This document shows positions 20,901-32,692 of a stretch of 64,000 bases of DNA, in pieces. Positions within the stretch are counted from its first letter, which is position 1. Each line of letters starts with the position of its first letter. The position numbers and the translations under genes were made by a program. This DNA is from an uncultured Acidobacteriota bacterium. Lineage in GTDB: Bacteria > Acidobacteriota > Thermoanaerobaculia > Multivoradales > UBA5704. The notes below the pieces were generated by a model. It worked only from the letters and a program-made list of their open reading frames with translations. It did not search any database and was not told where the DNA came from. The DNA is taken from assembly GCA_963700145.1 (NCBI GenBank), contig OY969474.1, positions 512,001-576,000 on the forward strand, read 5' to 3'.

Positions 20901-23900
20901 AGCGACATAGGGGTCCGGCAGGTACCTGGGAGCGAGGCCGGGCAGGTCGGCCGCTGCCGGTTGGGAAGCGGCTGCCACGGCGACCGCCGCGGCGGACGCA
21001 GCCGCCGCGGGTGCCACGATCGCCGGGACCTCGACCGTGGGAGCTCCCGCGGCCATCACGGTACGCAGCAGGCTGAGCTGCTCGGACATGAGCTGGAGCA
21101 GCGGCGCCAGAGCTCCACCGGCGGGTCCGGCGGCCAGAGCGGTCGCCGCCTCGCCCAGGCCGGCAACGGTGAGGGCCAGGTCCGGCGACGGAAGTGGAGC
21201 GGAGGTGGTAGGCGCCGGCGGCTCGGGAGGGAGCTCCTGGAGGAGATGGTTGGCCAACTCCGCCACGGACTGGTGCTCTTCCACCAAGCGGCGAAAGGGA
21301 ATCCGCACGCCGAACGCCCGCTCGAGGCTCTGCGCGGCCTGCAGGAGGGTCAGCGAGTCCGCGCCGAGCGCGAAGAAGGAAGACGTCGGAACGACCTCGT
21401 CCGCCGGAATGCCCAGAAGGTTGCCGAAGATCTCCGCCACTCGGAGAACGAGCTTGTCGCGGCGCATGTCCTGCACTCCGTCAACCGACAGCACCGGCTC
21501 CGGTGTGCGAGCGTCTCGGCGCGCATCCGAGCCGTTCGAGCCAGGGACTTCTGGCGCGAGCGGCTGTGCCGCGCGCCGGTGGGGGGCACCCAGCCAACTG
21601 GAGCCGGGAGATGGAGACTCTATCCAGAACCGCTGGCGCTCGAAGGGATAGGTGGGCAGGGGGCACCGGCGGCGGCGCTCGCCGGCGTGGAAGCCGGCCC
21701 AATCGATCGCGGCTCCGGCCAGCCAGAGGCGGCCAAGCGCCTCGACGAGCGCCGCCTGATCGCCGTCGCCGTCCGCCGCCGCCAGCGACGCGACGACGGA
21801 CTGCCCCTCTGCGCGCGCGGGATGCCGCCGAGCGAACCCCGCCAGGGTCCGGCCGGGCCCGACCTCCAGGAGGATCCGCTCCGGCTCCGCGAGCAGCACG
21901 GCGGCGGCGTCGAGGAAGCGGACCGTGCCGCGCATCTGTCGCGCCCAGTAGCCCGGGTCCTGGGCCTCACCGGCGGTGATCCAGGTACCGGTCAGGGTGG
22001 AAACCCAGGGAATTGCGGGCGGGCTCAGCGCGACACGCTCGAGCTCTCGCCGGAACGGCTCCATCAGCGGCTCGACCGTCGGCGAATGGAAGGCGTGGGA
22101 GGTCTCGAGACGGCGGCAGGCCGTGTGCCGCCGCGCCAACCTCGCCTCGAGAGCCGCTACCGCCGCGGGCGGTCCAGCGACGACGACCCGGCCCGGTTCG
22201 TTGACGGCCGCGACGCAGAGGTCCTCACTCTCCAGCAGGGGGGCCACGTCGTCGACCGAGGCCGCAACCGCGAGCATCGTGCCGCCCGGGAGCGCGTCCA
22301 TCAGCCGGCCGCGGACGGCGAGCAGCCGCAAGGCGTCGGGTAACGAGAACACCCCGCCGAGGCAGGCGGCCACGTACTCGCCCACGCTGTGGCCGAGCAG
22401 GGCCTGCGGCAGGACTCCCCAAGACATCCAGAGCTTCGCCAGCGCGTACTCGACGACGAACAGCGCGGGTTGCGCGAAACGCGTCTGTCGCAAGAGCTCA
22501 CGGGCGGTCTCTTCGCCGCCCGGCGGCGGGTACAGCACCTCCAGCAGGTCGCGCTCGAGCAGCGGATGCAGCACCTCCGCGCAGGCTGCGAGCTCGCCGC
22601 GAAAAGCCGGCTCGGCGAGCAGCTCACGGCCCATGTTGACGTGCTGCGCTCCCTGGCCTGGGAAGAGGAACGCCACCGGCCGATCGCCGCGGTCCTGGAG
22701 TCCGTCCAGCACGCGCCCGGCGTCGCCGCCGCGGAGAGCTGCGATCGCTTCGTCGCGGTTGGGGCAGCGGACCACGCGGCGGTGCCTGAAGACACGACGG
22801 CCGATCTGGAGCGTGAAGGCGACATCGGGCAGCGCCACCTCCGGATGGGACTCGAGATGCCGGGCGAGGTTGCGGGCGGCGGTGTCCAGGCCGGCGGCAC
22901 TGCGTGCGGAGAGCGGCAGGAGCTGCCACGAGCGGGAGGGTTCCGGCGGCTCGGTCGCGGGAGCCTCCTCCAGCACGACGTGCGCGTTGGTGCCGCCGAT
23001 TCCGAACGAGCTGACGCCGGCGCGGCGCGGCAGGGCCGGCGGGCTCCATTCCCGCAGCTCGGTATTGACGTAGAACGGCCCGCTGGCGAAGTCGATGCGC
23101 GGGTTGGGGCGCTCGAAATGGAGGCTGGGGGGGATCTGGCGCTTCTCGAGAGCCAGGACTGTCTTGATCAGGCCGGCCACCCCGGCGGCGGTGTCCAGAT
23201 GCCCGACGTTGCTCTTGATCGAGCCGAGAGCGCAGGAGCCCTGCCCGGCCGCGGCCCCGAAGACCTGGTGCAGCGCTGCGACCTCGATGGGGTCTCCCAA
23301 GGCGGTGCCGGTGCCATGGGTCTCGACGTAGGTGATGTCTGCGGCAGCGCAGCCGGCCGCCGTCTGTGCCGCGGCGATCACCCGGCTCTGGCCCTCGATG
23401 CTGGGCGCCGTGTAGCCCACCTTCGCGGCGCCGTCGTTGTTGATGGCGCTGCCTTTGATCACGGCACGGACGCGAAAGCCCCCGGCGATGGCGGCGTCCA
23501 AGCGTTGCAGGACCACCACCCCCGCGCCGTTGCCGAAGGTCGTGCCTTGCGCGCGCTCGTCGAACGCGCGGCAGTGGCCGTCCGGCGACGCGATGCCGCC
23601 CTCCTGGTAGAGATAGCCGGCTTCCTGCGGGAAGCTGATGGTCACCCCGCCGGCGCAGGCCACCTCGCACTCGCCGTCGAGGAGGCTCTTGCAGGCGAGG
23701 TGAACGGCGACCAGGGAGGTGGAGCAGGCCGTCTGCACCGCGACGCTCGGCCCCCGCAGGTCAAGCTTGTAGGAGACCCGGGTCGGCATGAAGTCCTTGT
23801 CGTTGGCGACGCAGAGCTGATAGCCGCCGACCGCCGACCGGATGCCGGGATGAGGAGCGAGGTTCGCGAGCAGATAGGTGTTGAGCCCGGTCCCGGCGAA

Positions 23901-26900
23901 GACTCCCACCCGCCCTGGATAGCGGGCGGGGTCGAGCCCTGCGTCCTCCAGCGCTTCCGACACCGTCTCGAGGAAGACGCGTTGCTGCGGGTCGGTGATC
24001 TCCGCCTCCCTGCGGCTCATGCCGAAGAAGGCGGCGTCGAACTCGTCGGCCCCTCGCAGCACCCCTTTCGCCCGGACGTAGTCGGGGTTCTGCAGGAGCT
24101 CCGGCTCGACCCCCGCCGCCGCCAGCTCCTGGTGCGAGAAGAAGGAGATGGACTCGACGCCCCGGCACAGGTTGTCCCAGAGCTCGTCGACGCCGGCGGC
24201 GCCGGGAAAGCGCCCGGCCATGCCGATCACGGCCACGGCGGTGGTCTGTGAGATCGGGCCCTCGGCGGGACCGGGGGCCGGAGCTGCGGCGGCAGGCTCC
24301 GCGATAGCGAGAGCCGCGGCGGCCAGGAAGGTCGCCTGCGCCTTGACGGTGGGATGCCTGAACAGCTCGACGAGCGGGAAGTCGTGGCCGCACCGCTCCA
24401 CGAGGCGGGTGTGGAGCTGCGCCAAGCGCAGAGAGTGGCCGCCGAGGTCGAAGAAGTTGTCGTAGAGGCCTACGCTCTCGGTCTTCAGCACCTCCTGCCA
24501 GAGAGCGGCGATCGTGCGCTCGAGCGCGGTGGTGGGAGGTCTGTGGGCGAGGGTCGTGACCTGCCTGCCGGCAGGCGCGGGCAGCGCCTCGCGGTTCACC
24601 TTCCCGTTCGGCGTCAGCGGGAGCGAGTCGAGGCGCACGAACGCCGCCGGCATCATGAAGGTGGGGAGCCGCGAAGCCAGAGAGCCCCGCAGCGCGTCCT
24701 CGGCCCCGGCCGCCCCTGCGCTGGCGACCCAGTAGGCCACCAGGGAAAGCTCCCCCGTGACCGGCCAGTCGCGCCGCGCCACGACGGCTGCCTGTGCCAC
24801 CTCCGGCAAGCCCGTCAGGAGGGCCTCGACCTCCCCCGGCTCGATCCGGAACCCGCGGATCTTCACCTGGGTGTCGATGCGGCCGAGGAACTCGAGCTGG
24901 CCGTCGGCGAGAGGCCGCGCCAGGTCTCCCGTGCGATACAGGCGCGCGCCGGGAATGGGCGCGAACGGATCGGGCACGAACCTCTCGGCCGTCAGGTCGG
25001 CGCGGTCGAGGTAGCCGCGGGCGAGACCCGCACCGCCGAGAAATAGCTCGCCGCGGACGCCGATCGGCACCGGCTGCAGGTGGCGGTCGAGAAGGTGAGC
25101 GCGGGTTCCCGCGACCGGTCTGCCGATCGTCGGCTGCCGCTGGGCTCCACGTTCGACGGTCGTCCACGTCGAGTAGGTGGTGGCTTCCGAGGGGCCGTAG
25201 AGGTTCAACACCCGCTCGACGCCCGGCCGACGATAGAGCTGATCGCTCAGCTCGCGCTGCAGCGGCTCGCCGGCGAGGTTGACCGTGCGGACCGAGGCGG
25301 GTAGACGCCCGCCATCGACTAGGGCAGCCGCCGCCGACGGCACCGTGTTGAGCAGCCGCACCTCCGCCGCGGCCGGATGAGAGGGCAGGGCGAGCGCATC
25401 CTCGCCGACGATGACTCGACCGCCCCACGCGAGGGGCACGAAGATCTCGAAGACCGACAGGTCGAAGCAGATGGAGGTGGAGGCGAAGACGCCACCGAGA
25501 TCGTCGTCGGAGAAAACCCCGCGCGCCCAGCGCGCAAAGGTCACCGCGCTCCGGTGCTCGATGGCCACGCCCTTGGGCCTCCCCGTCGAGCCCGAGGTGT
25601 AAATGAGGTAGGCCAGGTTCTCCGGGCCGGCCTCCGCCACCGGCCACGGCTCGGCCTCCTCCGCGAGCACGTCGTCGAGCCATACCACCGCGCCCGCCCA
25701 GGCGCCGCGCTCGCGCAGGATGTGCTCGACGACCGCAGCGCCGGATCGGCGGGTGGCCACCAGAACTCGCGACCGCGAGTCCGCGAGCATCAGGACGAGG
25801 CGCTCGCGCGGGTAGAGCGGGTCGAGCGGCAGGTAGGCGCCCCCGGCCCTGAGGATGCCCAGCATGGACGCCACCATCGCGACCGACCGGTCGCCCAACA
25901 GACCGACGACGACCTCGGGTCCCACGCCCACCCGCGCCAGCCGCCACGCGACCCGGTTCGCCAGCCGGTCCAGCTCCGCGTACGTGACGCTGCCTCGACG
26001 GTCGACCACCGCCACGGCGTCAGGGCGCGCCGCCACCTGCGCCGCGAAGAGCTCGTCTAGGCGGCACCCGCTCGGCTCGTCGCCGGACGTGCCGTGCCAC
26101 TCGACGAGGATCTGGTGCTTCTCCGCGGGCGTCACCAACGGCAGCTCCGACAGGCGGCTCACCGGCGACGCCGCGGCCGCGTCGAGCAGCGTCCGGAAGC
26201 GCTCCAGAAGCCGTACCGCCGTGGTCTCGTCGAACAGGTCGGTGGAGTACTGGAGATAGCCGGTGAGCCCTTGCCGGTCCTCAGCCAGCGTCAGAGCGAG
26301 ATCGAAAGGGGTGGTCTCCGGTTCGAGGTCGAGAGAGGAGAGCTCGAGCGCCTCCAGCGCCAGAGCGGGCCGCGGCGCGTTCTGCAACTGGAACATCACC
26401 TGGACCAACGGCTGGCGGTCGAGGCTCCGCTCGGGCTGGAGGACCTCCACCAGCTTCTCGAAGGGCGCGTCCTGGTGGTCGAAATCCTCCAGACAGGAGC
26501 TCCGCACCCGCTCGAGGTGGGCGCGGAAGGTCGGGTCGCCGGAGAGGTCCGCGCGCAGCACCAAGGTGTTGACGAACAGGCCGATCAGCGGCTCGACCTC
26601 CGTGCGGTTCCGGTTCGCGATCGGAGATCCGACGGCCAGGTCCATCTGATCGGTGTGACGGAAGAGCAGGACCTGGAAGACCGCGAGCAGCGTCATGAAC
26701 GGCGTTGCTCCACAGCGGCGGCCGACCGTCTTGACGGTTTCCCAGCGGGCACCGGGAAGGGCAAAGGGGACAAGCGCCCCACGGAAGCTCAGGACCGCCG
26801 GCCGCGGTCGGTCCACCGGGAGGTCCAATCCACCCGCCAGACCGGCGAGCCGCCGTTTCCAGTAGGCGAGCTGCGTCTCCAAGCGCGCCGCATGGGCCTC

Positions 26901-27626
26901 GCCGTGCTGCGCGATCGCGTAGTCCACGTACTGGAGCGGGAGCTCGGGGAGCGGTGACGGCAGGCCGCGCCGGAACGCGGAGTACAGGGTCGCCAGCTCC
27001 TGCAGCAGGATGCCTGCCGACCAGCCGTCCGAGACGATGTGATGGAGGCTCAGCAGCAGGACGTGAGCGTCGTCGCCGGTGTGCACCAGGATCGCGCGCA
27101 GCAGCGGCGCGCGGCTCAGGTCGAAGGGTCGGCTCGCCGCGTGCCGCAGCAGGCGCGGCAGCTCGTCGCGGCGCGCTGCCGCGGGCAGATGGGCGAGCTC
27201 GATCGCATGCAGCGGCGCCGCGGCATCGGGCACGACTACCTGGACCGGCTCGCCATCCCGAACCTCGAAGCGGGTGCGGAGAACGGCGTGCCGCCGCACG
27301 ATCTCCGCCAGACTGCGCGCCAGCGCCGTGCGATCCAGCGCGCCGTCGATGGCGATGGGCCACGCGACGTTGTAGACGCGCTTGTCCGCGGCAAGGCGGT
27401 GAACGAACCACAGGCGTCGCTGCGGGAACGAGAGCGGGAACGGGCCGGTGCCGCCGTGGGCGACGAGGGGAGCGTCGTCGACTGCGAGCCCCTGCTGCGC
27501 CAGCAGGACTTCCAGGGCGCGGCGGCGCTCGGGACTCAGCCGGGAGAGATCCACGGTCAGGCCCTCGGGCACTCGACCCTCCTCATCCCTCGCCTGCCCC
27601 TCTCTCGGTGTGGTCAGACTCTGCAC
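14964..27626 (-). CDS. Hybrid NRPS-PKS: C-A(Ala)-T-KS-AT(malonyl)-ACP-class III aminotransferase-C-A(Gly)-T-E
   Basis: 4220 aa, GTG with GAGGTG RBS. A1 code DLFNNALTYK (Ala); KS TACSTS/HGTGT/GHL; AT GHSVG and HAFH; ACP GADS; aminotransferase FDEVITGFR and TYGKAIGGG; C HHLITDG; A2 code DILQLGVIWK; T GGDS; E LTPIQRW/HHAVTDDASW/EGHGRE. Confidence 0.95.
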   Translation of the reverse strand: MQSLTTPREGQARDEEGRVPEGLTVDLSRLSPERRRALEVLLAQQGLAVDDAPLVAHGGTGPFPLSFPQRRLWFVHRLAADKRVYNVAWPIAIDGALDRTALARSLAEIVRRHAVLRTRFEVRDGEPVQVVVPDAAAPLHAIELAHLPAAARRDELPRLLRHAASRPFDLSRAPLLRAILVHTGDDAHVLLLSLHHIVSDGWSAGILLQELATLYSAFRRGLPSPLPELPLQYVDYAIAQHGEAHAARLETQLAYWKRRLAGLAGGLDLPVDRPRPAVLSFRGALVPFALPGARWETVKTVGRRCGATPFMTLLAVFQVLLFRHTDQMDLAVGSPIANRNRTEVEPLIGLFVNTLVLRADLSGDPTFRAHLERVRSSCLEDFDHQDAPFEKLVEVLQPERSLDRQPLVQVMFQLQNAPRPALALEALELSSLDLEPETTPFDLALTLAEDRQGLTGYLQYSTDLFDETTAVRLLERFRTLLDAAAASPVSRLSELPLVTPAEKHQILVEWHGTSGDEPSGCRLDELFAAQVAARPDAVAVVDRRGSVTYAELDRLANRVAWRLARVGVGPEVVVGLLGDRSVAMVASMLGILRAGGAYLPLDPLYPRERLVLMLADSRSRVLVATRRSGAAVVEHILRERGAWAGAVVWLDDVLAEEAEPWPVAEAGPENLAYLIYTSGSTGRPKGVAIEHRSAVTFARWARGVFSDDDLGGVFASTSICFDLSVFEIFVPLAWGGRVIVGEDALALPSHPAAAEVRLLNTVPSAAAALVDGGRLPASVRTVNLAGEPLQRELSDQLYRRPGVERVLNLYGPSEATTYSTWTTVERGAQRQPTIGRPVAGTRAHLLDRHLQPVPIGVRGELFLGGAGLARGYLDRADLTAERFVPDPFAPIPGARLYRTGDLARPLADGQLEFLGRIDTQVKIRGFRIEPGEVEALLTGLPEVAQAAVVARRDWPVTGELSLVAYWVASAGAAGAEDALRGSLASRLPTFMMPAAFVRLDSLPLTPNGKVNREALPAPAGRQVTTLAHRPPTTALERTIAALWQEVLKTESVGLYDNFFDLGGHSLRLAQLHTRLVERCGHDFPLVELFRHPTVKAQATFLAAAALAIAEPAAAAPAPGPAEGPISQTTAVAVIGMAGRFPGAAGVDELWDNLCRGVESISFFSHQELAAAGVEPELLQNPDYVRAKGVLRGADEFDAAFFGMSRREAEITDPQQRVFLETVSEALEDAGLDPARYPGRVGVFAGTGLNTYLLANLAPHPGIRSAVGGYQLCVANDKDFMPTRVSYKLDLRGPSVAVQTACSTSLVAVHLACKSLLDGECEVACAGGVTISFPQEAGYLYQEGGIASPDGHCRAFDERAQGTTFGNGAGVVVLQRLDAAIAGGFRVRAVIKGSAINNDGAAKVGYTAPSIEGQSRVIAAAQTAAGCAAADITYVETHGTGTALGDPIEVAALHQVFGAAAGQGSCALGSIKSNVGHLDTAAGVAGLIKTVLALEKRQIPPSLHFERPNPRIDFASGPFYVNTELREWSPPALPRRAGVSSFGIGGTNAHVVLEEAPATEPPEPSRSWQLLPLSARSAAGLDTAARNLARHLESHPEVALPDVAFTLQIGRRVFRHRRVVRCPNRDEAIAALRGGDAGRVLDGLQDRGDRPVAFLFPGQGAQHVNMGRELLAEPAFRGELAACAEVLHPLLERDLLEVLYPPPGGEETARELLRQTRFAQPALFVVEYALAKLWMSWGVLPQALLGHSVGEYVAACLGGVFSLPDALRLLAVRGRLMDALPGGTMLAVAASVDDVAPLLESEDLCVAAVNEPGRVVVAGPPAAVAALEARLARRHTACRRLETSHAFHSPTVEPLMEPFRRELERVALSPPAIPWVSTLTGTWITAGEAQDPGYWARQMRGTVRFLDAAAVLLAEPERILLEVGPGRTLAGFARRHPARAEGQSVVASLAAADGDGDQAALVEALGRLWLAGAAIDWAGFHAGERRRRCPLPTYPFERQRFWIESPSPGSSWLGAPHRRAAQPLAPEVPGSNGSDARRDARTPEPVLSVDGVQDMRRDKLVLRVAEIFGNLLGIPADEVVPTSSFFALGADSLTLLQAAQSLERAFGVRIPFRRLVEEHQSVAELANHLLQELPPEPPAPTTSAPLPSPDLALTVAGLGEAATALAAGPAGGALAPLLQLMSEQLSLLRTVMAAGAPTVEVPAIVAPAAAASAAAVAVAAASQPAAADLPGLAPRYLPDPYVAYRKIERGPEGGLTPHQQQHLTALVARLGSKTPGSKRMAMESRPFLADERSVAGFRQIWKELQYPIHTQRAAGARVWDVDGNEYVDITMGFGSLLYGHSPPFILEAIQEHLSRGIQIGLLSPLAGHAARLICEMTGLDRAAFFNSGTEAVMVALRLARARTRRTRIAVFAGSYHGWSDEVMVRMERTPDGGTRAAPMAPGVSPHVSDNVLIFDYCSPASVEAVRARAHELAAVLVEPQQSRRPGFETADFLRALRRVTTESGATLIFDEVITGFRMHPGGAQALYGVQADLVTYGKAIGGGIPIGAVAGKRAFMDGVDGGQWQYGDSSYPREETTYIAGTYIKHPLTMAAVCASLEHLRQAGPELQEGLTRRTERLVAELDALFEEQEVPIRMMHIGSLFRFVFERGYQYPDLFFFHLLDNGVYVWEGRACYVSTAHTDADLESVKAAVRRTVDAMREGGFLPPRAQRRPPAGPYRIPMTEAQTALWAVVQISDEAARAYHESLEIELVGDLREESLQRALQRLADRHEALRTTFSPLGDAQIVQPRMRLDLAFQDLSSLDEESRRRAAAEILGRDARESFDFERGPLARARLLRLEPRSHILGLTLHHLITDGLSNGVLLRELGLLYASERTGGKAELPAAVPFSAFVSWQSERQRAETLAESEAYWLQAFVDPPAPLELPSDRPRPAVRSFLGARQTATLGPRVHDRLRAAAARQSTTVFTLLLAAWQLLLHRLSGQSDVVVGVTAAGQATLGETPPVGYCVNLLPIRSRVQGDPPWRAYLAGVQRALLDAYEHQDYPFHRLVRQLKLPRAANRSPLVSVLFNMDRVRDERMRLGDLEARVSSRHNGGAKDDLYLDLTLGDHAVEIACEHDLALFDLTTVGRWLRHLETLLDSALAHPDETIRRLPLLRPDEWEQILAETACSERVARPDVCLPQRIEARVDLHPDTVAATAAGRHLTYAGLDRAANRLAHYLRRLGVGPEATVGICLERSADLLVALLAVLKAGGAYVPLDPGHPDRRLQHIVRSSRPVIIVTWSGREAWAATLGGRALLLDREAPLIDREPDARPLPAAGAANLAYVLYTSGSTGEPKGVPVPHSALTNCLASMLERPGLTADDSLLAVTTLAFDIAALELFLPLLAGGRVEIATEGMARDGLALRDALADSGATVMQATPSTWRMLLAADWRGAGSFRVLCGGEGLPRPLADALLTSAEAVWNVYGPTETTIWSTVERIEPGGGPVTAGRPIADTSVRVLDADLEVVPPGVVGEVYIGGGGLARGYVGNPQLTAERFVPDPFAADGRRLYRTGDRGRLRPGGRLEILGRMDDQVKIHGSRIELGEIERVLGRHPAVAAAAAAVRGDGPDGRLVAYIVPRGPAVPTAAELRAFLQDSLPANMLPAAFVELRELPLTPNGKLDRQALPFPSAIPASSATSFAAPLTRTERALAGVWEEVLGIESVQRFDHFITRGGDSIAAVRVAVRAGQVGVRVTPTQIFQRPVLAELAALVEPDAAGIGGGELPLTPIQRWLFEQELTDPHHWNQSVLMELHDPLPAWSLRLAAGALAAHHDSLCLRFAATRDGWRAFQVPPEIACSFSSIDLSALPAPARMRALETAAAALQASLDLTRGPLVRIVLFETADSGRRLFVVLHHAVTDDASWPFLLADLLEAARQWTGGRRPVLPSRTAPFRRWAERLPDLARSPEILAELSFWLDPARAHAGRLAVDFSGAANTEASARSIAGELDAERTRRLRQQAGRLRVQVSTLVLAAVAQAFARRLGAVPLLVDLEGHGREDLFPDLDTSRTAGWFTCIYPVLLAAGDGSPAETLAAVRRELRRVRRGGIGYGLLRYADGRGEGASMLRALPRAEVVFNFSARPGVTEGGARPFVWAREPAGPRRSPRNMRPYVIEIDGSVADDRLRLEFRHSANLHRPETLLGLARDFEDAVDRLLEAGAPEQAHEAESFPAARLSQAKLNRLIARIG

Positions 27627-27635
27627 GGCTGCACC

Positions 27636-29248
27636 TCACGCCACGAGCGAGATCTGCGTGTCGACCCAACTCTGCAGCTCCGCGCCCGACAGCACCTCAC
27701 GCACCGCCGCGAGGTGCTGGACGAAGGGAATGTCGTCCTCGTAGCGCGGGATGCGGCCGGCGAACTCGTCGTGGAACTTGCGCAGCGGAGCGCTGAACGC
27801 GGCGCCGTCGAGGAAGTGGTAGGCCTGATGGCAGGACGCGGCGAGGATGGTCAGCACCGTCGAGACGTTGCGGGCGAGCTGCAGCGAGCGCCGGGCCGAG
27901 GTCATGCCCATGCTGACGACGTCCTGGTTCTGGCCGTTCGACGGCAGCGACTTGATGGAGGCAGGCGCCGCGAGGTCGAGGTTCTCGGCCGCGATGCTGG
28001 TGGCGAGGTACTGGCCGCCTTCGAACCCGCAGGCAAGACCCGGAGCGCCGTGGCTCAGGAACGGCGGCAGGGGCTTGTTCAGGTGGGGATCGAGAACGCG
28101 GTTGATCTGCCGCTCCGCGAGCACGCCGATTTCGGCGAGAGCCACGTTGAGGTGGTCGCAGGCCATGGCCACGTACTGGCCGTGGAAGTTGGCGCCGTGG
28201 AAGGTGTTGTCCGGGCTGTCGAAGATCAGCGGGTTGTCGTTGCAGGAGTTGACCTCTTCCTCGACGATCCGGCGGCAGAAGTCGAGGGTGTCCAGGACGG
28301 CGCCGAGGACCTGCGGCATGCTGCGGAGCGAATAGGCGTTCTGCAGATAGATGGTGCTGTCGAAGACCTCGCTCGACCCACCGCTCTTGGCGTGGATGGC
28401 GCGCATGATCTCGCCGTGCTCGCGGGTCAGCCGGCTCCCCGCGAGGAGCTGCCGCATCTCACGGGCGATCACGATCTGGCCGGAGTGGTTCTTGAGCACG
28501 TGGCCGCGCGGATCGAAGGGGCGGTCCGAAGCGCGCATGCACTGGACGATGTCGGCGGAGGTCAGGACGGCGAGCTTGAGCAGGCGGTAGGCCTCCACCA
28601 GAGCGAGACACGCGGCGCCGGTCATGGCCGAGGTGCCGTTGACGAGCGCGAGGCCTTCCTTGTACCCCAGCGTCGGCGGGGTGAGCCCGCGCTCCTGGAG
28701 CACCTCGGCCGTCGGACGCACCCGCCCGTCGGTCCGTACCAAGCCGCCGCCGATGACCGACAGCGCCATGTGGGAGAGGGGCGCCAGATCGCCGCTGGCG
28801 CCTAGCGACCCCTGCTGCGGGATCACCGGATGAATCCGTCCGTTGAGGAACTCACGCAGGAGCGTCAGGGCCGCCGGGCTGACGCCGGAGTACCCCTTGA
28901 TCAGGCAGTTCAGGCGCACCGTGAGAATGGCCCGCACCACGTGATCCTCGAGGGGCTCGCCGCCGCCTGCCGCGTGGGTGCGGATCAGGTTCTCCTGCAA
29001 CTGCGTCTTGAACGGCGCCGGGACGATCATGTGGATCATCTCGCCGAACCCGGTGTTGACGCCGTAGATCGGATACCCGGCCTCGCCCCATTCCTGGACG
29101 CGCTCGTGAGCACGGGCGACCGCGGCCAGCTGCGTCGGATCCAGATCGACTGTGTCTCCCTGCACGGCGGCGCGGTAGACGTCATAGATCGTCAGGTCTT
29201 CTCCCGTGAGGCTCACCGTCCCCATCGTTCTCGTCTCGTCGATTACGG

Positions 29249-29252
<4 letters not shown>
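27636..29252 (-). CDS. MIO-dependent tyrosine 2,3-aminomutase (CmdF/SgcC4-like)
   Basis: GTG 29252 overlaps the upstream TGA; YGVNTGFG, NLIRTHAAGGGE, GSLGASGDL (MIO ASG at 28791-28799), QNAYSLR and SNGQNQDVVSMG (NQD, Tyr/Phe type). Adjacent to a beta-Tyr-type A domain. Confidence 0.85.
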
Positions 29253-32688
<3,436 letters not shown>

Positions 32689-32692
<4 letters not shown>

